A stretch of DNA of 64,000 nucleotides from Desulfomonilia bacterium (GCA_963664325.2 CAXXDQ010000007.1:640001-704000), one strand, 5' to 3'; counted from the stretch's first letter, positions 29,603 through 40,076 are shown. Program-made: numbers and translations. The notes: a model not told the origin generated them from the letters alone.

Positions 29603-30982
29603 ATGTTGGCAGTCATTTTGTTCATATCGGTTATATTAATATGCAAGCTTCTAAACGACAGGCTGAAATACTCGCGTTCCCTCCCTGATATCAAACACTG
29701 GTCATTTCTGGATTATACCTATATGATCTTCAAGGCATTTCGCCCTGTCATCAGGGCAGAAAAAGGTAAAGGGATCGAACAGTTTTTCAAGCACCAGTCC
29801 CTGGACTTCAGACCCTCCGATGAAAGGCAGATTGCATCAAAAGCCACCATTTCCTTTGGAGGGGATATCATCGACTGGATTGACTTCGATGAGGAAAGCA
29901 GAAATCATCTCTGGGACGATCTTGGTGAACACCTTTTTTCCAGTGATATCATATCCGCTAATCTGGAGATGCCAATTGACATCACAAAGCCGCCCCGAAT
30001 TCCATTTGATTTGAAATCGCTCAAGTTTGACAAATCACTCTTCAAGGCCCCTAAATTCAACGGCTCACGGGAAATCTTTGAAGCCCTGCAACATGCAGGC
30101 CGAAGGCCTGATATAATCTCAACAGCCACCAACCATTGCCTCAATATGGAAGAAACAGGTGTATCTAATACTCTGGAACTGCTTGATGGAAATGGGATTC
30201 AGCATGTCGGCACAGCCAGGACTCCCATCGAGCAGGAGACCATCCCTGTGATAGAAAGGAACGGGATTAGGATAGCATTCCTGGCATATACTTTTTCTTT
30301 GAACCAGGACAATATCCCTGCAGGCAAGGATTTTCTGGTTAATGTCGTGCCCGTCAATGATGCGAACGCCGACATAACTCTGATTCGCAGGCATATCGCT
30401 CTTGCCAGGGCCAAGGGAGCGGACATGATCGTAGCCTCGCTGCATTGGGGGAGTGATCAGGAGGTATATCCAACTTCAAATATGATCGAGAATGCCCATG
30501 CGATCATACGGGCCGGAGCGGACATCATTATCGGACATCACCCGCATATTCTCCAGCCCATTGAAAAATATACTTATCGAGATCCTGCAAATGGATATGA
30601 AAAGTCAGGTTTGATTGCTTACTCTCTGGGCGAGTTTTTAAGCTACTCGCCAATGTCGTATATTCTTTCTCCTATTCCCGCTGTATGGCTCTCCGCAATT
30701 TTAAGGGTTGAAATTGTAAAAGGCAGCAGAAACAGCAAGGAGTCAGTTTATGTATCCCGGGTTAATTTATTGCCCTTCTACAAGCTTGGGAAAAAGGTTG
30801 AAGGTAGAAAATTCTCTGTTCGTTTCATTGACCTTAGAAAGAACTTGAATAATCTCATCCATGCCAAGCAGCGATATAACCTGAGCTTTCAGGAGATCAA
30901 CAATATGGTACGGGCTCATGCCTATCTTGAAGAATTCATTTATCCTGAAGATGCGGACAGTATCCTTGAGCCCTTGCAATGA
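29603..30982 (+). CDS. CapA family (PGA_cap) metallophosphoesterase with N-terminal TM
   Basis: GGDI, ANLE, ATNHC, SLHWG, GHHPH, YSLG. Confidence 0.88.
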   Translation: MLAVILFISVILICKLLNDRLKYSRSLPDIKHWSFLDYTYMIFKAFRPVIRAEKGKGIEQFFKHQSLDFRPSDERQIASKATISFGGDIIDWIDFDEESRNHLWDDLGEHLFSSDIISANLEMPIDITKPPRIPFDLKSLKFDKSLFKAPKFNGSREIFEALQHAGRRPDIISTATNHCLNMEETGVSNTLELLDGNGIQHVGTARTPIEQETIPVIERNGIRIAFLAYTFSLNQDNIPAGKDFLVNVVPVNDANADITLIRRHIALARAKGADMIVASLHWGSDQEVYPTSNMIENAHAIIRAGADIIIGHHPHILQPIEKYTYRDPANGYEKSGLIAYSLGEFLSYSPMSYILSPIPAVWLSAILRVEIVKGSRNSKESVYVSRVNLLPFYKLGKKVEGRKFSVRFIDLRKNLNNLIHAKQRYNLSFQEINNMVRAHAYLEEFIYPEDADSILEPLQ

Positions 30983-31149
30983 AGATTACCCCATTAGGCC
31001 TGCTTCTTTTATTCCGGTTTGCCGGAAACCTGCAAGTCCCTGCATCATTATGGCATACAAACAATGTTTCTTTTTGATGGGTTCTTCCCCATTTCTTCGC
31101 TAAAGTAATTCTCCTTTTCTTCCGTTCAATTGAAACAGGAGTATATTGC

Positions 31150-32310
31150 ATGAGAGTGTCTGCATTTGTTATATTGTTTATAGCCAGTATCGCAACTTCG
31201 CTGGGGATCAGTATTATTCTCCCGATCCTCCCAATATATGCCAAGGATATGGGCGCTCAGGGGTTCATGATAGGACTTGTCTTCTCCAGTTTCGCTGTCA
31301 CCAAAACCATAGTGAGCCCATTCTTCGGACGCTTGGCCGACCGGAAAGGGAAAAAGCCTTTCATTGTGTGGGGCCTGGCTCTCTTCACGCTTGTGGCATT
31401 AGCCTTTGCCTGGGCGCACAATGTGTATGACCTTGTAGCCATTCGCTGCGTTATGGGTGTATCCAATGCCATGGTTGTTCCCATCGTAGGAGCCTATATA
31501 GGCATGATGGCCAGAAAGGACAATGAAGCCCAGTATATGGCTCTGTTTGCCATCTCGGTCATGATCGGAATGGCATTGGGGCCCTTGCTGGGCGGTGCTG
31601 TATCCGATAAGTACGGCATATCAATGGCCTTTTACGTAATGGCAGCTGCTACCGCTTTTGCTTTTCTCATAACCCTCTTCGGCCTTCAGAAGAATGACGA
31701 TTCAGGGAGGCATAATAAAGCTTTATCCCAGAATCCATTACGGGACCTGCTGTCCATTCCCAAGATCCGCGGATTGATTGTCTTTCGCTTCATTGATGTG
31801 CTTAGTGTGGGGGGAATGCTAATTTTCCTGCCCCTGCTCATCAAAGAGCAGCATATCAGCACGACCCAGATTGGAATTCTTGTTTCAATTCTTATCTGTT
31901 ATGCAGGGATCATGCAGTTACCTTTCGGCCGTCTGAGCGACAGAATGGGAAAGCATGTTAACTTTGTCATCTGCGGGGGGGCAATAGCGGCTGTTGCCCT
32001 GGCATGTCTCCCTCTTACCAGGGGATTCTGGGGTTTTCTTATTGTCGGTCTCATCTCGGCTTCTGGCGGAGCAATAGCAGGACCTGCGGCCAACGCCCTG
32101 GTTATCAGAAGTACCAAAGAGATCGGACTTGGCTTTGCGGTGAGCTCTTTCGATTCTGTTCAGGCAGCAGCCTTTATAGCAGGGCCGCTGATTTCCGGTC
32201 TGGTTATGGACGTCTTCGGACTCAACACAGTCTTCTTTTTCACAGCCGGGATCTATCTTCTGGGACTTGGAATATTTTATTACTATTCAAAAAGTGCTAG
32301 AAAAATATAA
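31150..32310 (+). CDS. MFS efflux-type transporter
   Basis: GRLADRKGKK motif A, GPLLGG, about 12 TM segments. Confidence 0.9.
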   Translation: MRVSAFVILFIASIATSLGISIILPILPIYAKDMGAQGFMIGLVFSSFAVTKTIVSPFFGRLADRKGKKPFIVWGLALFTLVALAFAWAHNVYDLVAIRCVMGVSNAMVVPIVGAYIGMMARKDNEAQYMALFAISVMIGMALGPLLGGAVSDKYGISMAFYVMAAATAFAFLITLFGLQKNDDSGRHNKALSQNPLRDLLSIPKIRGLIVFRFIDVLSVGGMLIFLPLLIKEQHISTTQIGILVSILICYAGIMQLPFGRLSDRMGKHVNFVICGGAIAAVALACLPLTRGFWGFLIVGLISASGGAIAGPAANALVIRSTKEIGLGFAVSSFDSVQAAAFIAGPLISGLVMDVFGLNTVFFFTAGIYLLGLGIFYYYSKSARKI

Positions 32311-32538
32311 TATCCCAAAAGGTCGTCAAGATACGATCGTCCCGTTATTGGTTTTCATAGGGTACTCTGCAAATGACCTTTATAGGGGGTAATTATGAGA
32401 AAGATAGCATTGTATTGCACCGATTAAATTGGTATGTAATATAAATATAAGACTTTGCGGTAAGATATCTTCGAAAAGAAAGACATGCTTCGGAGACCAA
32501 GCCCGGGTTCACATCCAATAGCGAGGAGGAGTCGTGAA

Positions 32539-33459
32539 ATGCCTGACAAAGGGATAACTTTCTATCCGATTCTGATGAAGGAGCCCGTAAAACCGGAAGA
32601 CGCGGGTAAAGTAGATGTTGCAGACCTTGTTTTAAACCAGTTCGAACTTCAGGACCGCGATATCATCATCGTGACCTCGAAGGTCGTAAGCATCCTTGAA
32701 GGCCGGTGCATCAAACTTGATTCCGTAGTCCCTTCAAAGAAATCGCTGAAGATAGCCGAGGTCTATGGAAAGAACCCAGGGCTTATTGAACTCATAAACC
32801 AGGAAGGCAAGGTGTTTTGCGTAAGCCCGGGAGGACGGTTGCTGAAAAAGAAACGTTACAGGGATATACTGCTTTCCCTTGCAAAACCGGGGCTCACCGA
32901 AGAGGAAGCAAATAAAATCATGAATTTCTCATATTCCATGCGGTGGATGGTGAAGAAATTCGGATACTTTGCCGACAATGCCGGGATAGACTGCCAGAAT
33001 GTGCCGGAAGGCTATGCCGTACTGCTTCCCAAAGACCCGCGCAAATCTGCAGATACTATCAGGGAAAAGATATTTGAACGCACCGGAAAAAAGGTTGCGG
33101 TCATCATTACCGACAGTCTCGGCGGAGGCGTTGTTCTGGGCAACTGGGATGTGCCACTGGGATACAGCGGAATGGATCCGGTGGAAAGGAACTGGGGACA
33201 AGTAGATGTTTTCGGCAGGATTGGGACCGGAGGCGGCTCGAACTACATCATCCCCATTGCTTCCATGGGAGGCATAGTCATGGGTAACAGTGATGAGCGT
33301 ACCCCGATCACGGTGCTCAGAGGTTTTGCCTACAAGGACGAACGCCCCGAAGATATCGGCAAAAACATCCTTACTTTCCCTTCGAGCTACACATGGGAAG
33401 GGATGTTCTGGATAATCGTCGAAACAATACGCTATTTCTTTGTCCGGTGGAGGGCTTAA
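32539..33459 (+). CDS. Divergent CofE-like (F420-0:glutamate ligase fold) ligase
   Basis: DIIIVTSKVVSILEGR, NAGID.QN, LLPKDPRKSA, AVIITDS, DVFGR, VMGNSDERTPITVLRG; RBS GAGGAGG. Confidence 0.8.
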   Translation: MPDKGITFYPILMKEPVKPEDAGKVDVADLVLNQFELQDRDIIIVTSKVVSILEGRCIKLDSVVPSKKSLKIAEVYGKNPGLIELINQEGKVFCVSPGGRLLKKKRYRDILLSLAKPGLTEEEANKIMNFSYSMRWMVKKFGYFADNAGIDCQNVPEGYAVLLPKDPRKSADTIREKIFERTGKKVAVIITDSLGGGVVLGNWDVPLGYSGMDPVERNWGQVDVFGRIGTGGGSNYIIPIASMGGIVMGNSDERTPITVLRGFAYKDERPEDIGKNILTFPSSYTWEGMFWIIVETIRYFFVRWRA

Positions 33460-33462
33460 AAT

Positions 33463-34632
33463 TCATTTCCTGATTTTCGCAAAGTAATAAAACAGGACTG
33501 TGATAACGGCGTACAAGACAGCCATAAGACGGAATACGCTTGAGAGATTGAATTGATCCATAATAAGGCCTGAGACGATCGGACCCGCTATAAGCCCTGC
33601 CTCCTGGAAGGAAGAAATCATCCCGACAGAAGCGCCAAGGCCCGTCTCCCTGCATTTTTCGATGATAAGACCGGAAGCCGCAGGTGCCGACAGGGCCGTA
33701 CCAACCGCCACCATCATCCCGATGGCCAGAAAAGACCAGAAATTTTTGCATTCCGGCAGTAAAGCCAGACTTACCGCACCTATAATCCCTCCAACAAATA
33801 TGAATAAGACCTTGTCGTACCTGCCGGCAAGCTTTCCGAAAGGCAGCTGGAGAAAACCCGCAAGTATCATAACCACCGCAAGGAGAACGCCCACCTGAGT
33901 ATTCGAGAAATTGAGTGATTTGCACAGGAGCGGCATGAAGACGAAGAGGCCGCTGACGGCCATTGCGCTTACGGTGGTCGCAAGGGCAAGGCCCTTCATC
34001 AGGTTGGAGGAGAAAAGTTCTTTGAACGGCCGTTTGACAGGTTGAACTGTTATCCCATACTCAGTGTCTTTCGGCAGCAGGAACAGGGTGATCAAAAAGG
34101 CCACAAAAAGGAGAACAGCCTGGCCGATGAAAGCCATATCCTTATTGTACATATCTGCAAGGACGCCTCCTATAACCGGTCCGATGGCCATGCCAATACC
34201 CACAAAGAGGTTCAGGTTGGCCATGTAAAAGCTTTCTTCCCCTTTCGGAGACATACTCCCCATATAAGCAATCACGACTGGCATAACCATGGAGAAGGCA
34301 ATCCCGGCCGCCAGCCGTACGAAAAGGAGCTGATGCGGCGTGGAAACAAGGGTGTAGCTCAGCGCCACCCCTGTATAGGCAAAGAGGCCGGTTACGATAA
34401 ATACTTTACGCCCCCATTTGTCGGACAGTCTTCCGACCAAAGGGTTAAAGATAAGCTTCGAGATCGACAATCCCGAGAATATAAGCCCCAACATAAAGCC
34501 TGCCGCCTTCAAATCAGCGGCAAATATAGGCAGGATGGGCTGGATGATTCCGAAACCTAGATTGGTTACAAAGGTGGCGAACATGAGCGTTATGAGTTCA
34601 GAAGACCAGGCCATAAGCGTCCTCAATTTCAT
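33463..34632 (-). CDS. MFS efflux-type transporter, paralog of 31150-32310
   Basis: GRLSDKWGRK, GPVIGG, QLPFGKL, IAGPIVSGLIMD. Confidence 0.9.
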   Translation of the reverse strand: MKLRTLMAWSSELITLMFATFVTNLGFGIIQPILPIFAADLKAAGFMLGLIFSGLSISKLIFNPLVGRLSDKWGRKVFIVTGLFAYTGVALSYTLVSTPHQLLFVRLAAGIAFSMVMPVVIAYMGSMSPKGEESFYMANLNLFVGIGMAIGPVIGGVLADMYNKDMAFIGQAVLLFVAFLITLFLLPKDTEYGITVQPVKRPFKELFSSNLMKGLALATTVSAMAVSGLFVFMPLLCKSLNFSNTQVGVLLAVVMILAGFLQLPFGKLAGRYDKVLFIFVGGIIGAVSLALLPECKNFWSFLAIGMMVAVGTALSAPAASGLIIEKCRETGLGASVGMISSFQEAGLIAGPIVSGLIMDQFNLSSVFRLMAVLYAVITVLFYYFAKIRK

Positions 34633-34926
34633 TATTGTTTTTCGGGCTTCCGCCCGAAATGCTGTCCCTACAACATAACATGAATTCCAGGCAACACAAA
34701 AATAATTCGGGGCATACCCCGGCGGGTGTGCCTTAACATAATAGCAGAGGATCTACTGGTAAGAACACGCTTCCCCTTTTCTTCCCATTACCCTGCAACA
34801 GCCATCCGGAATCTCGTTGAAAATTATCTGTGCAGGAATACGGTCCTTCCCATAAGCGGCCAGGAGGACATTTTGCACTTGCAATTCACGGTTGCCGGCC
34901 ATAACAGATCAGGTAAAGGAGCGCTT

Positions 34927-35820
34927 ATGAAACCGACATGGGACATTCCGGACACTATGCTTGACAACGGCCGGGAATTCGACAGCGAATTCTACCGCCG
35001 CTTCACCCTGCGCAAGGCCCCCCGGCCTGTCGCACTGGCAGACAACATCACCAAGGACTACCTGTTCCCGACCTTCTACGGGGATGTGACCTGCGCCATG
35101 GCCATTTTTCTCTGTTCCTACGACAAGGCTGCGGCCCTTTTGCGTGAAAGACTGGGCAGGCCGGTCAGACCCGTCAGGATGACCAGGGGACGCTCCCTGA
35201 TTGCATTTTCATGCTATGAGTACAAACAGGTTATGGGGGTGCGGCCGTACAACGAAATAGCCATGGCCATCCCGGTCATGGTCAATGCTCGCTTCAACCC
35301 CCCTGTCCTGCCAATGATTATGGGCGGATTTAAACATTTTGGATATTACATCGCAGGCATGCCCGTGACATCCCACGAAAACACACTCCGGGGCAATAAG
35401 ATATGGGGCCTGCCCAAGGTGACCCAGGAGATAGACATTGAACGTGAAGGCGGCTGCTGTAAAGCCACTGCCAGGGATGAAAATGGAGTTGATTATCTGA
35501 CGCTGCGCATCCCCATGTCAGGGACGCCAACTGATTTCAACGTTTCGTCCTTCCTCTACACACGCCTAAATGGAAAATTTCTCAGGAGCGAGACCAACTT
35601 CAGGGCTAACTTCCTTGTAACAAAGAACATGAAACCCCTTCTTCACAAAGGAACCCAGCCGGACCGGACATACATGGAACTCGGTACAACATCTTTTGCC
35701 GGCATGCTGCAGGGTCTTGAGATCGAACCGAGTCCATTCCAGTTCAGGTATGCCGAGCACATGTCGGCCTGCTTTGACCTGCCGCAGGAAAAACTGCCGA
35801 CCTGGGCCGCCGCTGTCTGA
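34927..35820 (+). CDS. Acetoacetate-decarboxylase-like (ADC superfamily) protein
   Basis: PYNEIAMAIPV and GNKIWGLPK (Schiff-base Lys position); RBS AAAGGAG before ATG 34927. Confidence 0.82.
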   Translation: MKPTWDIPDTMLDNGREFDSEFYRRFTLRKAPRPVALADNITKDYLFPTFYGDVTCAMAIFLCSYDKAAALLRERLGRPVRPVRMTRGRSLIAFSCYEYKQVMGVRPYNEIAMAIPVMVNARFNPPVLPMIMGGFKHFGYYIAGMPVTSHENTLRGNKIWGLPKVTQEIDIEREGGCCKATARDENGVDYLTLRIPMSGTPTDFNVSSFLYTRLNGKFLRSETNFRANFLVTKNMKPLLHKGTQPDRTYMELGTTSFAGMLQGLEIEPSPFQFRYAEHMSACFDLPQEKLPTWAAAV

Positions 35821-35846
35821 GAAACAGCACAAAACGGAGTAATAAA

Positions 35847-36890
35847 ATGAAAACTACATCGGAAATGAAGATAGCGTTTTTCGGAACCGGGTCAATCGGA
35901 GCGTCCGTCGGGGGGTGGATAGTCCCCTCACACGAACAGGTCTGGTTCATCGACAGAGGAGAGGTTTCGCAGGCTCTGAAGGATGGGGGCATCACCCTCT
36001 ACCTCGGAGAGAGTAAAGAAGCCACCACGCAGACCGTCCCGGTCAAGGTGATGGATGACCTTGCCGGACTTGCCGATATGGATGTGATCGTTCTGGGCGT
36101 AAAAAACTACAGCCTGGACGGGGTCTCCCGCATCATCAGGGAAAAGGCCGGGGACAAGGCCCTGATAGTGTCCATGGCCAACGGAATTGAAAACCAGAAG
36201 ATACTGCCGCGATACTTCACAAAGGTAATCTATTGCGTCGTCAGCTACAATGCCTGGATGGACCGTCCCGTCGTGGTCGGGTATCAGAAAAAGGGCCCGC
36301 TTATCCTGGGCACCCCTGATAATTCTCTAAATGCCGAGATGGAATCCATCGCTGAGATATTCAACCGCGGGGTCGAGACCGTCATAACCGACCACCTGCA
36401 GGACGCGGTACACTCCAAGATCATCGTCAACCTTACCAACTCGCTGACGACCCTCATCGGACATGGCTTCCGCGAGATTTCCGATTTCGACGTGTTCCAG
36501 AGGCTTCTGACCAACACGCTCTACGAGGGAGTAAGGATCATAAAGGCTGCAGGTTACAGGGAATGCAAGCTGGGCGGCATGCCGTCCTGGGCCCTTATCA
36601 CAATCGGAGCAAGGCTTCCCCAGCTTTTCACTCGCGGTATGTTCAGGCGCAACGTCGCCAAAATGGTCATGTCGAGCATGAGCCAGGACATACTCCAGCG
36701 CGGGGGAACTGAGTCCGAGCTAGATTCACTTACCGGCTATATCCTCAGCCTGGCCGACAAGAGCGGGGTTAAGGCCCCTTTCAACCGTACCATATATGAA
36801 CTCAGCCATGAACGCTTCGGCAGGCCGGACTTCAAACCCCTTGACGTGCAGGAGGTCTGGGCCAAGGTCCAGGAAAAATTGCGGGGCTGA
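35847..36890 (+). CDS. Ketopantoate-reductase-like (PanE/ApbA family) oxidoreductase
   Basis: GTGSIG, VKNY, ANGI, KIIVN, SSMSQD, SELDSLTG. Confidence 0.85.
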   Translation: MKTTSEMKIAFFGTGSIGASVGGWIVPSHEQVWFIDRGEVSQALKDGGITLYLGESKEATTQTVPVKVMDDLAGLADMDVIVLGVKNYSLDGVSRIIREKAGDKALIVSMANGIENQKILPRYFTKVIYCVVSYNAWMDRPVVVGYQKKGPLILGTPDNSLNAEMESIAEIFNRGVETVITDHLQDAVHSKIIVNLTNSLTTLIGHGFREISDFDVFQRLLTNTLYEGVRIIKAAGYRECKLGGMPSWALITIGARLPQLFTRGMFRRNVAKMVMSSMSQDILQRGGTESELDSLTGYILSLADKSGVKAPFNRTIYELSHERFGRPDFKPLDVQEVWAKVQEKLRG

Positions 36891-37060
36891 AGGGATCAGA
36901 CAGTTACGGACCGATGGCTGGATATCGGCCCCGAATGATACAGTCTTAGGCCTGATATCTGAACCCGTAAGGCTTTCAAAGAATGCCCCGGAGGCTACAT
37001 CTCAGGCCCTTGCACAACTATTTTCTGTATGCTATTGCCCCGGAAACCATCGGAGGTAGA

Positions 37061-37516
37061 ATGGCCGGGAACAGTAATCTGAGGGATGTAAGCGCAGACA
37101 CCAGGATTCGCATTGATAAGGAAGGCCGGTGGTTTTATGAAGAAAGCGAGATAATACACCCGACGATTCTCAAGATATTCTGCGACGCACTTGAAACGGA
37201 TGGAGAAGGCAGATACCGAATCATTGTTGAAAATGAGCTCTGCTATATAGAAGTGGAGGATGCGCCTTTTATAGTGAGGACCATTAAGGGCGACTGTGAG
37301 TGCGGGCTTGAGCTCATCCTGAACAACCGGCGAACAGAGCCCCTCGACCCGGAAACAATATTTTTCGGCCGTGACAATATCATGTATGCAAGACTGGCTG
37401 ACGGCATCCCTGTCAAATTCAGCCGGGCAGCATATTATCAGATTGCCCTGATGATGGAGGAGAACAAAACCGGCGGCATATGCCTGAAGATAAAAGGAAA
37501 ATCCTATCCTTTTTAA
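37061..37516 (+). CDS. DUF1285 family protein
   Basis: IRIDKEGRWFY, IEVEDAPF, FSRAAYYQ; RBS GGAGG. Confidence 0.8.
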   Translation: MAGNSNLRDVSADTRIRIDKEGRWFYEESEIIHPTILKIFCDALETDGEGRYRIIVENELCYIEVEDAPFIVRTIKGDCECGLELILNNRRTEPLDPETIFFGRDNIMYARLADGIPVKFSRAAYYQIALMMEENKTGGICLKIKGKSYPF

Positions 37517-37658
37517 AGGCGGTTCATCTGCCCTGATGTCATTTGCCAACCATTCGATTTGCTTTCCCGGTTGCCAAACTTGCTTTATCATAAAAACATA
37601 ATTATATTATAAAATAGTTATTTTAAGAGATTTTATTATATTCGCGAGGGGGGCACCG

Positions 37659-39428
37659 ATGAAATTTAATTCAAGATTGATATACTATTTGGCCCTAAGT
37701 TTTATATTCAGTCTTTTACTCAGTTCATGCGCTTCTTCAGGAGACGTTCAGGAAGAAGGCATCGCCTCCTCTCTTGGAACACCGGATGAGCAGATCCTTA
37801 TAAGGGACACTGGATCGGGCCTTATAAAAGGCCAGACCGATAACGGCACACTTTCATGGCTCGGCATCCCATATGCGAAGCCGCCGGTTGGAGACCTCCG
37901 GTGGCGAGCACCGAGAGATCCTGACTCATGGGAAGGCATAAGAGATGCTACGAGTTTCGGCAGCGCCTGCACACAGTACGGGACAATTCTTTATATACTG
38001 GATGAAAAACTTTACGGCAAACCTACGGGCTGCGAGGACTGCCTTTATCTGAATATATGGCGGCCGGCAACCGGGGAAACCAACCTTCCGGTATTCTTCT
38101 ACATACACGGCGGGGCGAATGTGATCGGCGCCTCAAGCCTGCCTGTGTACAACGGCGCAAACCTGAGCAGAAAAACAAACATGGTCGTAGTTACCGCGAA
38201 TTACCGTCTTGGGCTTATGGGGTGGTTCACCCATCCCTCATTGAGAAACGGCAACTCTCTTGACAGCTCGGGCAATTATGGAACCCTTGACCTGATAAAG
38301 GCCCTTGAATGGGTTCATAAAAACGCCGCATCATTCGGGGGAGACCCCGGCAACGTAACAGTCTGCGGCCAGTCGGCCGGAGCCATGAACATCCATTCGC
38401 TCCTTGTCTCCCCTCTTGCCGAAAACCTGTTCCAAAAGGCGATCATGCACAGCGGCTTTCCGGTTTCGACCACGGTTGAAACCGGCGATAAACGGGCCGC
38501 CAAGGTCATTACCAGGCTCTTGATCCAGGACGGGCTTGCATCCGACGAGGAATCCGCAAGCACGCTGATTATGGAAAGAGGAGATGTCTGGCTTGCCGGG
38601 TATTTAAGGGGCGTCCCCGCATATGAGATATACAATCCCGATGTTTCGACGGCATCGGGCAGCACAAAAGAAAGCGGTACGACTTCACTCGGAATATATG
38701 AAGACGGAACAGTGATTCCCCAAAATGTATCCGATTCCCTTAAACAAGGCCTCTATGCAAAGGTTCCGATAATCCTGGGCTGCATGTCCGAAGAGCTGAA
38801 ACTCTTTCTCATGATGCTTGGTGTGGAAACACACAAACTTCACGGGCTCATCAAACAGCATAAACCGGACAGTCCCAACCTTGAATTCAGTGATTTCTTC
38901 CCTGCTGTACTGAAACCTCTTTACAATTCTGTTGCCGATATCGGTCAGGTTGTCTTCCAGGGTAACGGCGTGGACATTACCGGCAGCTATCTAGCTGAAT
39001 ATCAGAATAATGTCTATGCCTACAGGATTGAATTTAAAGACGGCGCTCAGCCTTTTGATCATCTGCTGGGCTCATCGCATGCCCTTGATGTACCTCTGCT
39101 TTTCGGAAACTTCCTTGCACCCGGAATAAGCCTCGTAGGCTGTGAATGGAACACCGCAAACAAGAATGAACGCGAGGCGATGTCGGATATTATTATGACC
39201 TACTGGTCAAGCTTCGCGCGGTACGGTAACCCCAGTATGGGAAATTCGCTCCCTCACTGGCAGGAATTCTCGAACGGCACAGGCGGGAAGAACCGAATGA
39301 TCCTTGATACCGGAAGGGCCTACATGTCCTCAAATTCCCCTGAACAGACACAATCCCTTTCCTCTGAAGAATTGCTTAAGGGCATGTTCAACACTCTTGA
39401 AACTTTTGCCGCCCAATCGCAAAAATGA
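37659..39428 (+). CDS. Type B carboxylesterase lipoprotein
   Basis: Lipobox LSSC, LGIPYAKPPVGDLRW, EDCLYLNIW, HGG, GQSAG, HALD. Confidence 0.93.
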   Translation: MKFNSRLIYYLALSFIFSLLLSSCASSGDVQEEGIASSLGTPDEQILIRDTGSGLIKGQTDNGTLSWLGIPYAKPPVGDLRWRAPRDPDSWEGIRDATSFGSACTQYGTILYILDEKLYGKPTGCEDCLYLNIWRPATGETNLPVFFYIHGGANVIGASSLPVYNGANLSRKTNMVVVTANYRLGLMGWFTHPSLRNGNSLDSSGNYGTLDLIKALEWVHKNAASFGGDPGNVTVCGQSAGAMNIHSLLVSPLAENLFQKAIMHSGFPVSTTVETGDKRAAKVITRLLIQDGLASDEESASTLIMERGDVWLAGYLRGVPAYEIYNPDVSTASGSTKESGTTSLGIYEDGTVIPQNVSDSLKQGLYAKVPIILGCMSEELKLFLMMLGVETHKLHGLIKQHKPDSPNLEFSDFFPAVLKPLYNSVADIGQVVFQGNGVDITGSYLAEYQNNVYAYRIEFKDGAQPFDHLLGSSHALDVPLLFGNFLAPGISLVGCEWNTANKNEREAMSDIIMTYWSSFARYGNPSMGNSLPHWQEFSNGTGGKNRMILDTGRAYMSSNSPEQTQSLSSEELLKGMFNTLETFAAQSQK

Positions 39429-39431
39429 CAA

Positions 39432-39947
39432 TTACTTTTTGCCGGCATTTCCAACCGTTCCGGCAAGCTTGAAGCAGCAGTCCGAGCATCTTTTCTTCTT
39501 GGGTGCGCTGTCCGAACACCGGCCTGTGAATTTTTCAATCAGTTCGCTGCCCGCTCTGGGACATGAATCCATAAATGCTATGAACCTGACAAACCTCTGC
39601 ATGGCCTTTTCATCAACCGCGTGTTCCATGCGGCACGCGGTCTGTTCGGCGCTTTCTTCATCAAATTGAAGGACCCTTGAAAGAAAATCCTTCAGTATCG
39701 CATGGCGGTTTGAAATCTCAACGGCAATAGCCCTTCCCTTATCAGTAAGCGTGATGAAGCTGTAGGGCTGGTAGTTGATGAGAGCCTTTTCCTCCAGAAT
39801 CTTTAAAGCCCCTGTAACCGAGCCTCTCTGCACCCCAAGCTTGTCGGCAATATCCTTTGCCCGCGCCACCTTGCTCGCTTCCTCGAGTTCAAGGATGACC
39901 TCCAGGTAATCCTCAAGAGATTCAGATAGGGTATAGTTTTCCGTCAT
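39432..39947 (-). CDS. DtxR/MntR family metal-dependent repressor
   Basis: SLEDYLEVI, wHTH, RHAILKDFL, ACRMEH; divergent from feoAB. Confidence 0.93.
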   Translation of the reverse strand: MTENYTLSESLEDYLEVILELEEASKVARAKDIADKLGVQRGSVTGALKILEEKALINYQPYSFITLTDKGRAIAVEISNRHAILKDFLSRVLQFDEESAEQTACRMEHAVDEKAMQRFVRFIAFMDSCPRAGSELIEKFTGRCSDSAPKKKRCSDCCFKLAGTVGNAGKK

Positions 39948-40037
39948 GAACTTCTCCGTTTTGAAAAGGTAACACCCGCACTTATGATAGTCAAATAAAT
40001 TTTCTCTTGATTAATTTATTAAGTGACATTAAATATT

Positions 40038-40053
40038 GTTTGTCTTAGCTAAC
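40038..40053. promoter_or_regulatory. Candidate DtxR-family operator upstream of feoA
   Basis: GTTTG-TCTTAG-CTAAC, one mismatch from a GTTAG-N6-CTAAC palindrome. Confidence 0.4.
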
Positions 40054-40076
40054 TTTTATAAGGAAAAGGTTCTATT

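Noticed and set aside
29603-33459. Poly-gamma-glutamate capsule or F420 biosynthesis locus
   Set aside because: No capB/capC and no cofC/D/G/H in the window; the CofE-like motifs are altered.
34640-34735. Two hairpins upstream of the MFS gene as a possible riboswitch
   Set aside because: Short stems with no recognisable aptamer consensus.
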